From NCBI GenBank assembly GCA_963666735.1, contig OY762926.1, forward strand, positions 2,784,001 through 2,848,000: a stretch of 64,000 nucleotides of DNA. Reading direction: 5' to 3'. This document shows, piece by piece, positions 20,597-29,361 of the stretch. The notes below the pieces were generated by a model. The model saw nothing but the letters and a program-made list of their open reading frames with translations. It was not told where the DNA came from and did not search any database. The DNA comes from Gemmatimonadota bacterium. GTDB lineage: Bacteria; Gemmatimonadota; Gemmatimonadetes; Palauibacterales; Palauibacteraceae. A program made the translations under genes and the position numbers. The stretch's first letter is position 1; every line of letters begins with the position of its first letter.

Positions 20597-21534
20597 GCGA
20601 GGTAACCCGCGCGCTCCATTACGGGGCCGAAGGCGGCTTCGATCCGGGCCGCGTCCGCCGGATCCATCTCATCCTTCCAACCCTCCGTCTGCCCCCGCCG
20701 AATGAACCGCCCTTCGCCCCGAGCCCGCCCGGCGTAGGCCTCCGCGCCGTGGCGCCCCTCCACCTCGCGCATGGCCTCGAAAGATCCGCGCGCCACTGCC
20801 CGGGACAGCCTCGCGTCGAACCCCGGGGACGTTGCCGCGGGAAGGTTCTCCACGAACTCCGCGACCCGCCGGAGGCCCGCCTCCCGATCGTGCACCAGAT
20901 CCTCGTAGCGCACGACGCACATTCGCTCACCGCGTTCCGCGCGCCGAAGCGCGGCCCCGACCTGCCGGTCCCAGCGCCCCAGGTGCCGGTGCCAGTCGTC
21001 GAACGGGGCGGCGCCCGAGAGGTACCCGTCGACGAACCTCGAGAGCGTCATGTCACGGTCGTCGAACATCGTCGCGAACATGTGCCAGAAGGAGACCAGG
21101 ACCGCCCGCGGGTCGCGCACGAGATAGAGGGTCCCCGGATAGCGGCGCGGATAGCGGGGGTATTCGTTCCGGAACACCCTCGGATCCGGGAGATGGCCGT
21201 ACGCGGCGATGGCATGGTCGTGACCGTGCACGAAGGGGACGAGGTCGCCGACGTTGTACAGGTTCACCTCGTCATCGCGGTCGTCGGACAGAAACACGGC
21301 CAGCATGTAGGCGAGCCACGTGTTCCCCGATTTCGGGTGTCCCAGGAGGAACACATCCGTGGGGCGCAGGGAACGGCGGAATCGAGGCTCCCGCAGCCGG
21401 TTCCGCAGCCCGTCGCGCAGCCGGTAATACCCGATCCGGCGCTTGCCGCGACCGAACCAGCGCTTGAAGGCCGGGACCGGGCGGTGCCGAACCCGGGGCG
21501 GGTCGAGCTTCGGGGGCCGGTTCAGCGGGACCAC
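20593..21534 (-). CDS. PAPS-dependent sulfotransferase (Sulfotransfer_1)
   Basis: 5'-PSB loop HPKSGNTWL, 3'-PB VRDPR...VS, VRYEDL, RRGQTEGWK. Confidence 0.88.
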   Translation of the reverse strand: MVPLNRPPKLDPPRVRHRPVPAFKRWFGRGKRRIGYYRLRDGLRNRLREPRFRRSLRPTDVFLLGHPKSGNTWLAYMLAVFLSDDRDDEVNLYNVGDLVPFVHGHDHAIAAYGHLPDPRVFRNEYPRYPRRYPGTLYLVRDPRAVLVSFWHMFATMFDDRDMTLSRFVDGYLSGAAPFDDWHRHLGRWDRQVGAALRRAERGERMCVVRYEDLVHDREAGLRRVAEFVENLPAATSPGFDARLSRAVARGSFEAMREVEGRHGAEAYAGRARGEGRFIRRGQTEGWKDEMDPADAARIEAAFGPVMERAGYLA

Positions 21535-23150
21535 GGAACCTGCCGTCCGATGAGTTCCGAGACTTCGCCGGCGTCGAACGCGTACGCCCGTTCGAGGTGG
21601 TCGCGTACCCAGTCCGGCATGGGGACCGGAACCGAAGCGTTCACCGGCTGCTCCAGCGACTCCGCGTCCGCCACGACGAGCTTCGCCTCGAGGAATTCAA
21701 GGAGATCGCGTATCAAGGCCCCGGGCTCTTCGCGAACCTCGTCCAGGAAGCCGAAGAAGAAGTGGTCGCGCGGGAAGTGCTCGAGCCAGGCGCGCAGGCA
21801 GGTCGCGTAGTCGCTGCGCCGGCGGACCGGGTCGCTGTCGAGGAACGAGACGAGTTCGTCGCGGCCCACGGACTCCAGGGGCTTGCCGCGCCACCGCGGA
21901 AAGCCGTTTCGCGCCTGCGACCAGGCGCGCTCGACCGGGTCACGCATCATGAAGATCAATCTGACGTCGGGCATCCACTCGGCGACGCGCCGGATCACCT
22001 CCGGTTCGAGCACCGCATACGCGGGCGTGATCTCGCCCCGGATCCCGCCGCCGCCCCGCGCCCGGACGAAGCGCGCGAGATACCTGAGCTGATTCGCTCG
22101 ATCCCGCGCGGAGCCGCTCGTGCCTGGCGCACCGAGTTTCCGGTCGAAGAAGTGGATTTCCTTGCGGCCCATCCGGATCTGCGGGTGCGCCGCGAGGTGC
22201 GCCGCCACCCAACTCGTGCCCGCGCGCGTGGCGCCAATCCCCAGAAACCGAGGCATCCAGCGCGACACCGCACGTTTGCGCGCCGGGGGCCCGCTCGGTC
22301 TCTCCCCGCCCGACTCGCTCGGCCCGGTCGCATCGATCTGGTCGTCGAGGAAGGTCGCAGGCAGGCTGTGAACCGCGCCGTCCGCCGGACCCTCGCGCAG
22401 CCGCTCAAACGAGGCCCATTCCCGCCGCTTGCGGGGCGACGGAAACTCCGTCGTCGACCAGTGATCGAACTCCCCCTCGTCCAGAAACTTTAGTTCGTAG
22501 AAGCAAACGGGCGCGAAGTGGTGCGTGCGCAGGCAGCGGGGACGGATCAACTGCTCCCAGTGTTGGCGCTTGTGGAATCTGGCGGGATAACCGCAGGGGG
22601 CGATCCGCACCTCCCGGTTCACCTCCCCGCGCGGGGCCAGGAAAGACCCGCCAGCCGTCCGATACACCGTCTGCCCGGCGAGGGACCCGGCGGCGGGCCA
22701 TCCGCGCCCGAGTTGGGCGAGGAGGCCGGCGAAAGCGCCCCGCTGCCTACGGGCGAGCACCATGTCCGCGTCCCACTTGCAGGCGTACCTCCGGGTGCAG
22801 CGCGACAGCGCCCAGTTCGTGAAATAGACGAGGGAATGCAGCGAGTCGGCGGAGGTCTTGTCGTGTTCGGGCCCGAACCGTCCCAGGGCGAAGGGATAGG
22901 AGTGAAGACGGATCTTCGCCCCCCCGGCGGCGGACGCCTGCACGCTCCGCACGATCTCGGCCGTGTCGTCGCGGCTGCCGTTGTCGATCACATGGATCTC
23001 ATCGAACACCGGGAGGATCGAGCGCAGGCAGTATTCGAGTTTCGATTCTTCGTTCTTCGCCCGCACGAAGGCGCTTGTCCCCGGCGCATGATTCCTCCGC
23101 GGGAGGGAGAACGCGTACTCCTCGTTCCCTTCCCGGTTTCGGAACTCCAT
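21522..23150 (-). CDS. Fused GT-A fold glycosyltransferase + sulfotransferase
   Basis: N-terminal SAFVRAKNEE...IDNGSRD...KWDADM; C-terminal FLGIGATRAGTSW, KEIHFFD, GEITPAY, MRDPVERAWS; one open frame with a linker. Confidence 0.8.
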   Translation of the reverse strand: MEFRNREGNEEYAFSLPRRNHAPGTSAFVRAKNEESKLEYCLRSILPVFDEIHVIDNGSRDDTAEIVRSVQASAAGGAKIRLHSYPFALGRFGPEHDKTSADSLHSLVYFTNWALSRCTRRYACKWDADMVLARRQRGAFAGLLAQLGRGWPAAGSLAGQTVYRTAGGSFLAPRGEVNREVRIAPCGYPARFHKRQHWEQLIRPRCLRTHHFAPVCFYELKFLDEGEFDHWSTTEFPSPRKRREWASFERLREGPADGAVHSLPATFLDDQIDATGPSESGGERPSGPPARKRAVSRWMPRFLGIGATRAGTSWVAAHLAAHPQIRMGRKEIHFFDRKLGAPGTSGSARDRANQLRYLARFVRARGGGGIRGEITPAYAVLEPEVIRRVAEWMPDVRLIFMMRDPVERAWSQARNGFPRWRGKPLESVGRDELVSFLDSDPVRRRSDYATCLRAWLEHFPRDHFFFGFLDEVREEPGALIRDLLEFLEAKLVVADAESLEQPVNASVPVPMPDWVRDHLERAYAFDAGEVSELIGRQVPWSR

Positions 23151-23319
23151 TCGGCTGGGGCGCGGCAACAGTGGCATGAACCAGGGCTTGGATGAGGGTG
23201 ACGGGCCAGGACGGGTCTCAGCGAGCGTTGCTGGGACACAACATTATCATGCAGGATCACTCGGGGACTCTGAAACCGGACAGCCGCGGAGATACAGCGG
23301 AGATACAGGAGAAGAACGG

Positions 23320-24255
23320 ATGAACATACACGGGCCTCGAAGGCTTGGTCCCACGGCCGCCGGCTTGGCGGCCGCGATCCTCGTGGGAGTGCTCGCGACG
23401 GTGATCCCGCCGAGCGCCAGCGCCCAGGCGAATCCGGACATCCTTGTGAGCGGCGATTGGCTCGTCGAGCATCGGGACGACCCCGGCGTCGTCGTCCTGC
23501 ATATGGAGATGGCGCGAATGGGTGGTGTCGATGAGTACGTCCAGGGCGCGCATGCCCTCGAGTACCACGACATCGCCGTGGACACCGAGGATCTCATCAC
23601 CGAACTCGCGCCCGTCGAGGATCTCGTCGAGGTCTTCCGCGCGGCGGGCGTCTCCAACGAGAGCCATGTCGTCGTCGTGGGTGACCCCGGCCTCCACGCG
23701 GCCCGCGTCTTCATGACGCTGGATTACCTGGGCCACGGCGACCGCACCTCCGTGCTCGACGGCGGGATGGCGGCGTGGAAGGCGGCCGGGGGAGCCGTTG
23801 CCGCCGAGCCGGCCGTGCCCACCCGCGGCGATTTCGAGGCGGACGTCCGGGAAGACATGCTCGTCACCGCGGAATGGATCCACGAGCGTCTCGACGACCC
23901 CGGCACGACCCTCATCGACGCGCGGCCCGAGAACGAGTACACGGGGGAGCGGCCGGGCCGGGACTTCCTGCGGGGCGGCCATATCCCCGGCGCCTACAAT
24001 CTCTACTGGCAGGACCTTACGGGTGAGGATGTTCCCAGGCTGATCGACCTCGACGAAGTGAAGGCGCGTTTCGACGAAGCCGGGGCGTCCACGGACGGCG
24101 TCGTCGTCAGCTACTGCCTTATCGGCATGCGCGCGAGCTACACCTACATGATTTCCAGATATCTCGGGTACGAGACGAAGTTCTACGACGCGTCGTGGAA
24201 CGACTGGGGCCGGCGGGAGGATCTCCCGCTCGTCACCGGCCATGCCCGCAGATAG
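23320..24255 (+). CDS. Exported tandem-domain sulfurtransferase (rhodanese/SseA-like)
   Basis: Signal peptide, LDGG..AW, IDARP..EY.G, GHIPGA, active loop YCLIGMRAS, YDASW.DW. Confidence 0.88.
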   Translation: MNIHGPRRLGPTAAGLAAAILVGVLATVIPPSASAQANPDILVSGDWLVEHRDDPGVVVLHMEMARMGGVDEYVQGAHALEYHDIAVDTEDLITELAPVEDLVEVFRAAGVSNESHVVVVGDPGLHAARVFMTLDYLGHGDRTSVLDGGMAAWKAAGGAVAAEPAVPTRGDFEADVREDMLVTAEWIHERLDDPGTTLIDARPENEYTGERPGRDFLRGGHIPGAYNLYWQDLTGEDVPRLIDLDEVKARFDEAGASTDGVVVSYCLIGMRASYTYMISRYLGYETKFYDASWNDWGRREDLPLVTGHARR

Positions 24256-24316
24256 CTTGCGGGCTTCAGGTCCGCTGTCGGATCGAAGGCGCAGCAAGCT
24301 TGCAGGAGGTTGAAAA

Positions 24317-25858
24317 ATGAAAACCATCTCCGGAGTAGTCGCCGGGCTCGTCATCTCCGCTGGTGCCGTGCTCCTCCTCCTCGGCACGAACCGCGGCGAA
24401 GCGGCCGCGACGGAGGCCGCCCCGCCCGCCGCCTCCGGGGCTTCTTCGTCGGCTCCCGTGTCGCTTGTCTCGCCCGCCCCGCACTCGATCGAAGCGGGTC
24501 CCGAGTCGCCGGTCGAGCTCGTGCTCACGCAGCCGCTCGATCCCGGCGGGTTCGACCCGTCCGCGCTGTCCGTGTTCGGTCGCTGGAGCGGCGTGATGAG
24601 CGGCTCCGTGCAGCTCTCGGACGATGGCCGGCGCATCCGCTTCGAGCCCGGCGAATCCTTCCATGCCGGCGAATCGGTCACGGCTTCGTTGCGCGCCGGG
24701 GAGAAGCTGGCGGTCGGCGGGGCCATGGAAACGGGGTTCGCGTGGAACTTCTGGATCCGGCCTCGGGCCGGTTCGCTCGACATGGTCGACCGCGGCGCGC
24801 GGACCGTCCTCGACGACGGCGAGAAGCACGTGCAGCCGTACGGGGCCTACGCCGGCGACTTCAACGGCGATGGGTACCCGGACATCGCGATCCCCAACGA
24901 GGTGTCCGCGGACGTCCGCGTGATGTTCAACGACGGCAAGGGCGACTACAGCGAGTTCCGCGTCCTCGACATCCCGGGCGGGAGCTGGCCGAGCCCGAAC
25001 GAGGGAGCGGACTTCAACGGCGACGGCCTCACCGACTTCGTCGTCGGCAACGCCGGCAACGATCTCGTGTCGGTGTTCTTGGCCGACGGCGAGGGCTGGT
25101 TCGAACTGGGAAGCAACATTCAATCGGGCCGGAACGTGCGCGGCGTGTGCATCGGCGACTTCGACCAGGACGGCTGGCCGGACGTGGCGGCGGTGAACAT
25201 GTCCGTCGGTCCCGAGGAATCGCGCGGCAACGTGGCCATGCTGCTCAACAACGCGGACGGGACTGGCAGCCTGCGGCGCGCCTCCGAGATCGCTTCGCCG
25301 GGCCAGGGCGAGAAGACGTGCGCGACGGCCGACGTGAACAACGACGGCCTGCCCGACCTGCTTGTCGGAGCCTACTTTACCGACGAAGTGCTCACTTACC
25401 TGGGCGACGGGCGCGGCAACCTCGAACTGGGCGCGCGCGTGCGCGCCGGCGGCAAGCCGTGGATGATCGTGTCGGGCGACATGAACGGCGACGGCAAGGT
25501 CGACGTGATGTCCGCGAACCGCGAGGGGAACAACGTGGCGGTGCTCATCGGCGACGGCTCGGGCGGCTTCGCCGATGCTGTCGAGTACGAGACCGGCGAC
25601 GCCCCGCTGGCGGTCGACGTGGGCGACATCGATGGCGACGGGGATCTCGATGTCGTCACCAGCGACTTCGAGGGCAACAGCTTCACCGTGCACGAGAACG
25701 CCGGCGACGGAACGCTCGCGAACCCCCGGACGTATCCCGCGAGCACGAACGGCTCGTGCGTCGTCATCCACGACCGGGACCTGGACGGGGATCTCGATCT
25801 CACCGGCGTGGATGAGACGGACGACAAGATCTTCATCCTGGAGAACCCCGGCCGGTGA
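24317..25858 (+). CDS. Exported Ig-like domain + FG-GAP repeat protein
   Basis: N-terminal Ig-like segment (VSPAP...F.PG..F.AGE.V) followed by about 7 D(F/M/I)NGDG..D repeats. Confidence 0.8.
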   Translation: MKTISGVVAGLVISAGAVLLLLGTNRGEAAATEAAPPAASGASSSAPVSLVSPAPHSIEAGPESPVELVLTQPLDPGGFDPSALSVFGRWSGVMSGSVQLSDDGRRIRFEPGESFHAGESVTASLRAGEKLAVGGAMETGFAWNFWIRPRAGSLDMVDRGARTVLDDGEKHVQPYGAYAGDFNGDGYPDIAIPNEVSADVRVMFNDGKGDYSEFRVLDIPGGSWPSPNEGADFNGDGLTDFVVGNAGNDLVSVFLADGEGWFELGSNIQSGRNVRGVCIGDFDQDGWPDVAAVNMSVGPEESRGNVAMLLNNADGTGSLRRASEIASPGQGEKTCATADVNNDGLPDLLVGAYFTDEVLTYLGDGRGNLELGARVRAGGKPWMIVSGDMNGDGKVDVMSANREGNNVAVLIGDGSGGFADAVEYETGDAPLAVDVGDIDGDGDLDVVTSDFEGNSFTVHENAGDGTLANPRTYPASTNGSCVVIHDRDLDGDLDLTGVDETDDKIFILENPGR

Positions 25859-25860
25859 TC

Positions 25861-26271
25861 ATGAAGTCGAAATCCACGAAATCGAAGCAAGAGTGGCGGG
25901 AGGCGCTTCCCGAGCAGGCCTACAAGGTGCTGTTCGAGGAAGCGACGGAACGGGCGGGCACGAGCCCCCTGAACGACGAGAAGCGTCCCGGCACGTTCGC
26001 CTGCGCGGCCTGCGGGCGGGCGCTGTTCACGACCGAGATGAAATACGACAGCGGCACGGGGTGGCCGAGCTTCTTCGAGACGCTGCCCGAGGCCTTCGAG
26101 ACGAAACGCGACTTCAAGCTCATCCTCCCGCGTACCGAGTACCACTGCTCCGGCTGCGGGGGGCACCACGGCCACGTCTTCAACGACGGCCCCGAGCCCA
26201 CGGGCAAGCGCTTCTGCAACAACGGCGTCGCGCTCCGGTTCATCCCGGACGACGATCCGCAGGACGACTGA
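25861..26271 (+). CDS. msrB: Peptide-methionine (R)-S-oxide reductase
   Basis: TERAG, CAACG, KYDSGTGWPSF, RTEYHCSGCGGHHGHVF.DGP.PTG.RFCNN. Confidence 0.95.
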   Translation: MKSKSTKSKQEWREALPEQAYKVLFEEATERAGTSPLNDEKRPGTFACAACGRALFTTEMKYDSGTGWPSFFETLPEAFETKRDFKLILPRTEYHCSGCGGHHGHVFNDGPEPTGKRFCNNGVALRFIPDDDPQDD

Positions 26272-26299
26272 GCCGGTCGCCCGGGAGGGGCGCGGCGGC

Positions 26300-28612
26300 G
26301 TGCTCGGGGCTCTGCTCGGCGGCGTGCGCGTCCTGATCCGGCGCCCGGCGCCGGCGCTGACGGCCGGCGTGTTCGGCCTGCTCGCGGCGGCGTCCGGCGT
26401 GCAGGGCCAGCTTCCGGGCTCCAGCGGAGCCTGCGAAGCCCGTGGCGCAGAAACTCGCGCCGCCGGAGCCGCCGGGGCGCTCACGGACACGTCGACGGGG
26501 CGGGTCGCGGCCGACCTTCACTGCATCAGCCTCTACTCCACGGCGCGCGGCGGCGACGCGCAGGGGTTCGTCGAACTGGGGCGGGTGCCGTCGCCGTTCG
26601 GCGTCACGGTGACGCCGTCCGGGCACCATGTCCGCGCGCTGACCGCGCACATCGAGGGCCTCCCGCCGCCCGGAAGCCTGGGGCCGTACACGGTCTACAT
26701 GGCGTGGGCGACGCCGCTCGAGCTGGCTCCCGTGGTGCCGCTGGGCCCGGTCGGGAACGGCGAGCACGCGCTGGGGCGCGTCGCGTTCAACAAGTTCCTC
26801 GTGATGGTCAGCGCGGAGGCGTCGGCCGATGTGGAGGAGCGCGAGGGGCCGCTCGTGCTGCGGGGGCGCTCGCCGTCCGCGCTCATGGAGGCGCACGACC
26901 TCCTGGCCCTCGCGCCCTCGGCGACGCGGCGGGCGGCCGACCGGGCCCCGACGCGCTGGGACGCGCCACCGGCGTACCCCGGCATCGCCATGTTGCCCGG
27001 CGTGATGGACCTCGAGCCGCGCGCCCGCCCCGCGAGCCTCGGTAGCGCGGCCGACCTGCCCCCGTGGGAGTCGCTCCCCGAGGCCGCCCCGCGCCAACTC
27101 GTCGATCTCCCCGACGGCGGCACGCTCGACCTCGAGGCGACGATCATCCGGCGCGAAATCGAAGGCCGCCGACTCGCCATGCTCGCCTTCAACGGCCAGC
27201 ACCCGGGACCCCTCATCCGGGTCCCGGAGAAGTCCACCATCTTCGTGAACTTCACGAACCGCACCCCGTACCCCACCGCGGTGCACTGGCACGGCATCCG
27301 GCTCGACAACGAGTTCGATGGCGTCCCCGGCCTCACCCAGGACCCGGTCGAACCCGGCGGCTCGTTCCAGTACCGGATCTTCTTCCGCGACGCGGGCATC
27401 TACTGGTACCACCCGCACCACCGCGAGGACATCCAGCAGGAACTCGGCCTGTACGGGAACCTCCTCGTCGACCCCGCGGCCGCGGACTATTACGGTCCCG
27501 CGAACCGGGAGGAAGTCCTCATGCTCGACGACATCCTCCTGGACGAGGAAGGGCTCGTGGACTTCGGGGAGGAGTCGGCGAACTACATGCTCATGGGCCG
27601 GTTCGGAAACCAGACTCTGGTGAACGGCGAGCCCGGCTACGAGCTCGACGTCGACCGGGGGGAGGTCGTCCGCTTCCACCTCACGAACGCCTCCAACACG
27701 CGCACCTTCAACCTCTCCTTCGTCGACATCGAAGGCGGCGGGGTCCCCGATCCCGACCAGCGCGTCGCGGACCCCGACATCGAGGATCCCCATCGTCTTC
27801 CGGTGAAGGTCGTGGCTTCCGACGTGGGCCGCTTCGAGCGGGAGGAATGGGCCCGGAGCGTCGTCCTCGCGCCGGCGGAGCGCTACGTGATCGACGTCCG
27901 CTTCGACCGACCCGGTACGCACGCGCTCGTCAACCACGTGCAGGGGATCAACCACCGCCAAGGCGTGTTCCGCGCCGAATTCCGGACGCTCGGCACCGTG
28001 AGCGTCGCGTCACAGGCCGCAGCCCACGACCACGGGGCCGCGTTCGCGACCCTGCGCGAGCACGCGGACGTGATCGCGGATATCGACCGCTACCGGCCCC
28101 GCTTCGACGACGAGCCCGACCGCGAACTCGCGATGACGCTGGAGACCGAGGATCTCCCGCTCTCCATCGAACGATCGATGGCCTACGACTGGGTCTACTT
28201 CAATCCGGTCGAGTGGACCGGGACGATGCCGCGCATGAACTGGGCCACGACCGGAAGCGAGGTTCGCTGGGTGCTGCGCGAGACCGCAACCGGGCGCGAG
28301 AACGACGAGATCGATTGGAACTTCGCGGTCGGGGACGTGGTGAAGATCCGCGTCGTCAACGACCGCGGCGCCTTCCACGCGATGCAGCACCCGTTGCACA
28401 TCCACGGCCAGCGCTTCCTCGTCCTGTCGCAGAACGGGGTGCCGAACGACAACCTGGTATGGAAGGACACGGTCCTGCTGCCCGCCGCATCGACGACGGA
28501 CATCCTGCTGGAACTGTCGAACCCCGGCCGCTGGATGATCCACTGCCACATCGCGGAACACCTCGAGTCCGGGATGAAGATGGTGATGAACGTCGCGGAA
28601 GCGCCCCCGTGA
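26300..28612 (+). CDS. Multicopper oxidase with an N-terminal extension
   Basis: All four Cu motifs present: VHWHG, WYHPH, HPLHIHG, HCHIAEHLESGM. Confidence 0.9.
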   Translation: MLGALLGGVRVLIRRPAPALTAGVFGLLAAASGVQGQLPGSSGACEARGAETRAAGAAGALTDTSTGRVAADLHCISLYSTARGGDAQGFVELGRVPSPFGVTVTPSGHHVRALTAHIEGLPPPGSLGPYTVYMAWATPLELAPVVPLGPVGNGEHALGRVAFNKFLVMVSAEASADVEEREGPLVLRGRSPSALMEAHDLLALAPSATRRAADRAPTRWDAPPAYPGIAMLPGVMDLEPRARPASLGSAADLPPWESLPEAAPRQLVDLPDGGTLDLEATIIRREIEGRRLAMLAFNGQHPGPLIRVPEKSTIFVNFTNRTPYPTAVHWHGIRLDNEFDGVPGLTQDPVEPGGSFQYRIFFRDAGIYWYHPHHREDIQQELGLYGNLLVDPAAADYYGPANREEVLMLDDILLDEEGLVDFGEESANYMLMGRFGNQTLVNGEPGYELDVDRGEVVRFHLTNASNTRTFNLSFVDIEGGGVPDPDQRVADPDIEDPHRLPVKVVASDVGRFEREEWARSVVLAPAERYVIDVRFDRPGTHALVNHVQGINHRQGVFRAEFRTLGTVSVASQAAAHDHGAAFATLREHADVIADIDRYRPRFDDEPDRELAMTLETEDLPLSIERSMAYDWVYFNPVEWTGTMPRMNWATTGSEVRWVLRETATGRENDEIDWNFAVGDVVKIRVVNDRGAFHAMQHPLHIHGQRFLVLSQNGVPNDNLVWKDTVLLPAASTTDILLELSNPGRWMIHCHIAEHLESGMKMVMNVAEAPP

Positions 28613-28614
28613 GC

Positions 28615-28643
28615 TTGATCCATTGGTTATACTGCGGTATTAC
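28615..28643 (+). promoter_or_regulatory. Putative sigma70 promoter / operator of the mazEF-like operon
   Basis: TTGATC-N17-TATTAC, 6 nt before the ATG at 28650; overlapping palindrome GGTATTACC. Confidence 0.5.
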
Positions 28644-28649
28644 CATGGT

Positions 28650-28883
28650 ATGAAAACAGCGATTTCTCTTCCGGACGAGCTGTTCGCCTCGGCAGATTCG
28701 CTCGCAAAGCGGATGAGCGTCTCGCGAAGCGAGCTCTACGCAACCGCGGTGGCCGAATTCGTGGCGAAACATCGCAGCGAGGACGTTACTGCGAAGCTGA
28801 ATGCCGTGTACGCCGACTTGTCTGGCGACGTCGACCCTGCGCTCCGTCGGGCGCAGGCCCGATCGGTCGCCGAAGAATGGTAG
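28650..28883 (+). CDS. RHH antitoxin (ChpI/MazE-like)
   Basis: MKTAISLPDELF..AD.LA.....SRSELYA.A; overlaps the toxin start. Confidence 0.85.
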   Translation: MKTAISLPDELFASADSLAKRMSVSRSELYATAVAEFVAKHRSEDVTAKLNAVYADLSGDVDPALRRAQARSVAEEW

Positions 28884-29221
28884 TTGCGCGACGAGAGGTC
28901 AGGTGGGCGGACCTGGACGAGCCGAGAGCGTCGGAGCCGGGGTTCCGTCGTCCGATTCTCATCGTGCAGGCCGACGCCTTCAATCGAAGTAGGCTCAGAA
29001 CCGTGATCGGCGTAGCCCTGACGTCGAACACGCGCTACCTGGACGCTCCGGGCAACGTTCTCCTGCCGGCCTCGGGAACGGGGTTGCCAAGGGATTCCGT
29101 GGCCAACGTGACCCAACTCGTGACCATCGATGAAGATTACCTGGGGGACCGGTGTGGCCGGATCTCGCCCAAGCTCATGAGTCGGGTCGAAGCCGGGCTG
29201 CGGCTGGTCCTGGATCTGTAA
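28877..29221 (+). CDS. mazF: PemK/MazF family endoribonuclease toxin
   Basis: WADL.EPRASEPGFRRP.LIVQ.D.FN.S, LTSN, GLPRDSVANVTQ. Confidence 0.9.
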   Translation: MVVARREVRWADLDEPRASEPGFRRPILIVQADAFNRSRLRTVIGVALTSNTRYLDAPGNVLLPASGTGLPRDSVANVTQLVTIDEDYLGDRCGRISPKLMSRVEAGLRLVLDL

Positions 29222-29361
29222 GGGCCTGCGGGCCACTTCGAACTGGAACCGAAGCCGCCACACGGTGCGGTTGCCCGCCGCATCGACGGGGAGCATGATG
29301 CTTGAGCCGTCGAACCCCGGCCAATGAACGATCCACGGCCACGTCGCGAAAGGACGCCTCG

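Noticed and set aside
25861..26271. MsrB, TlpA and rhodanese checked for additional selenocysteine codons
   Set aside because: All have ordinary Cys codons at their catalytic positions.
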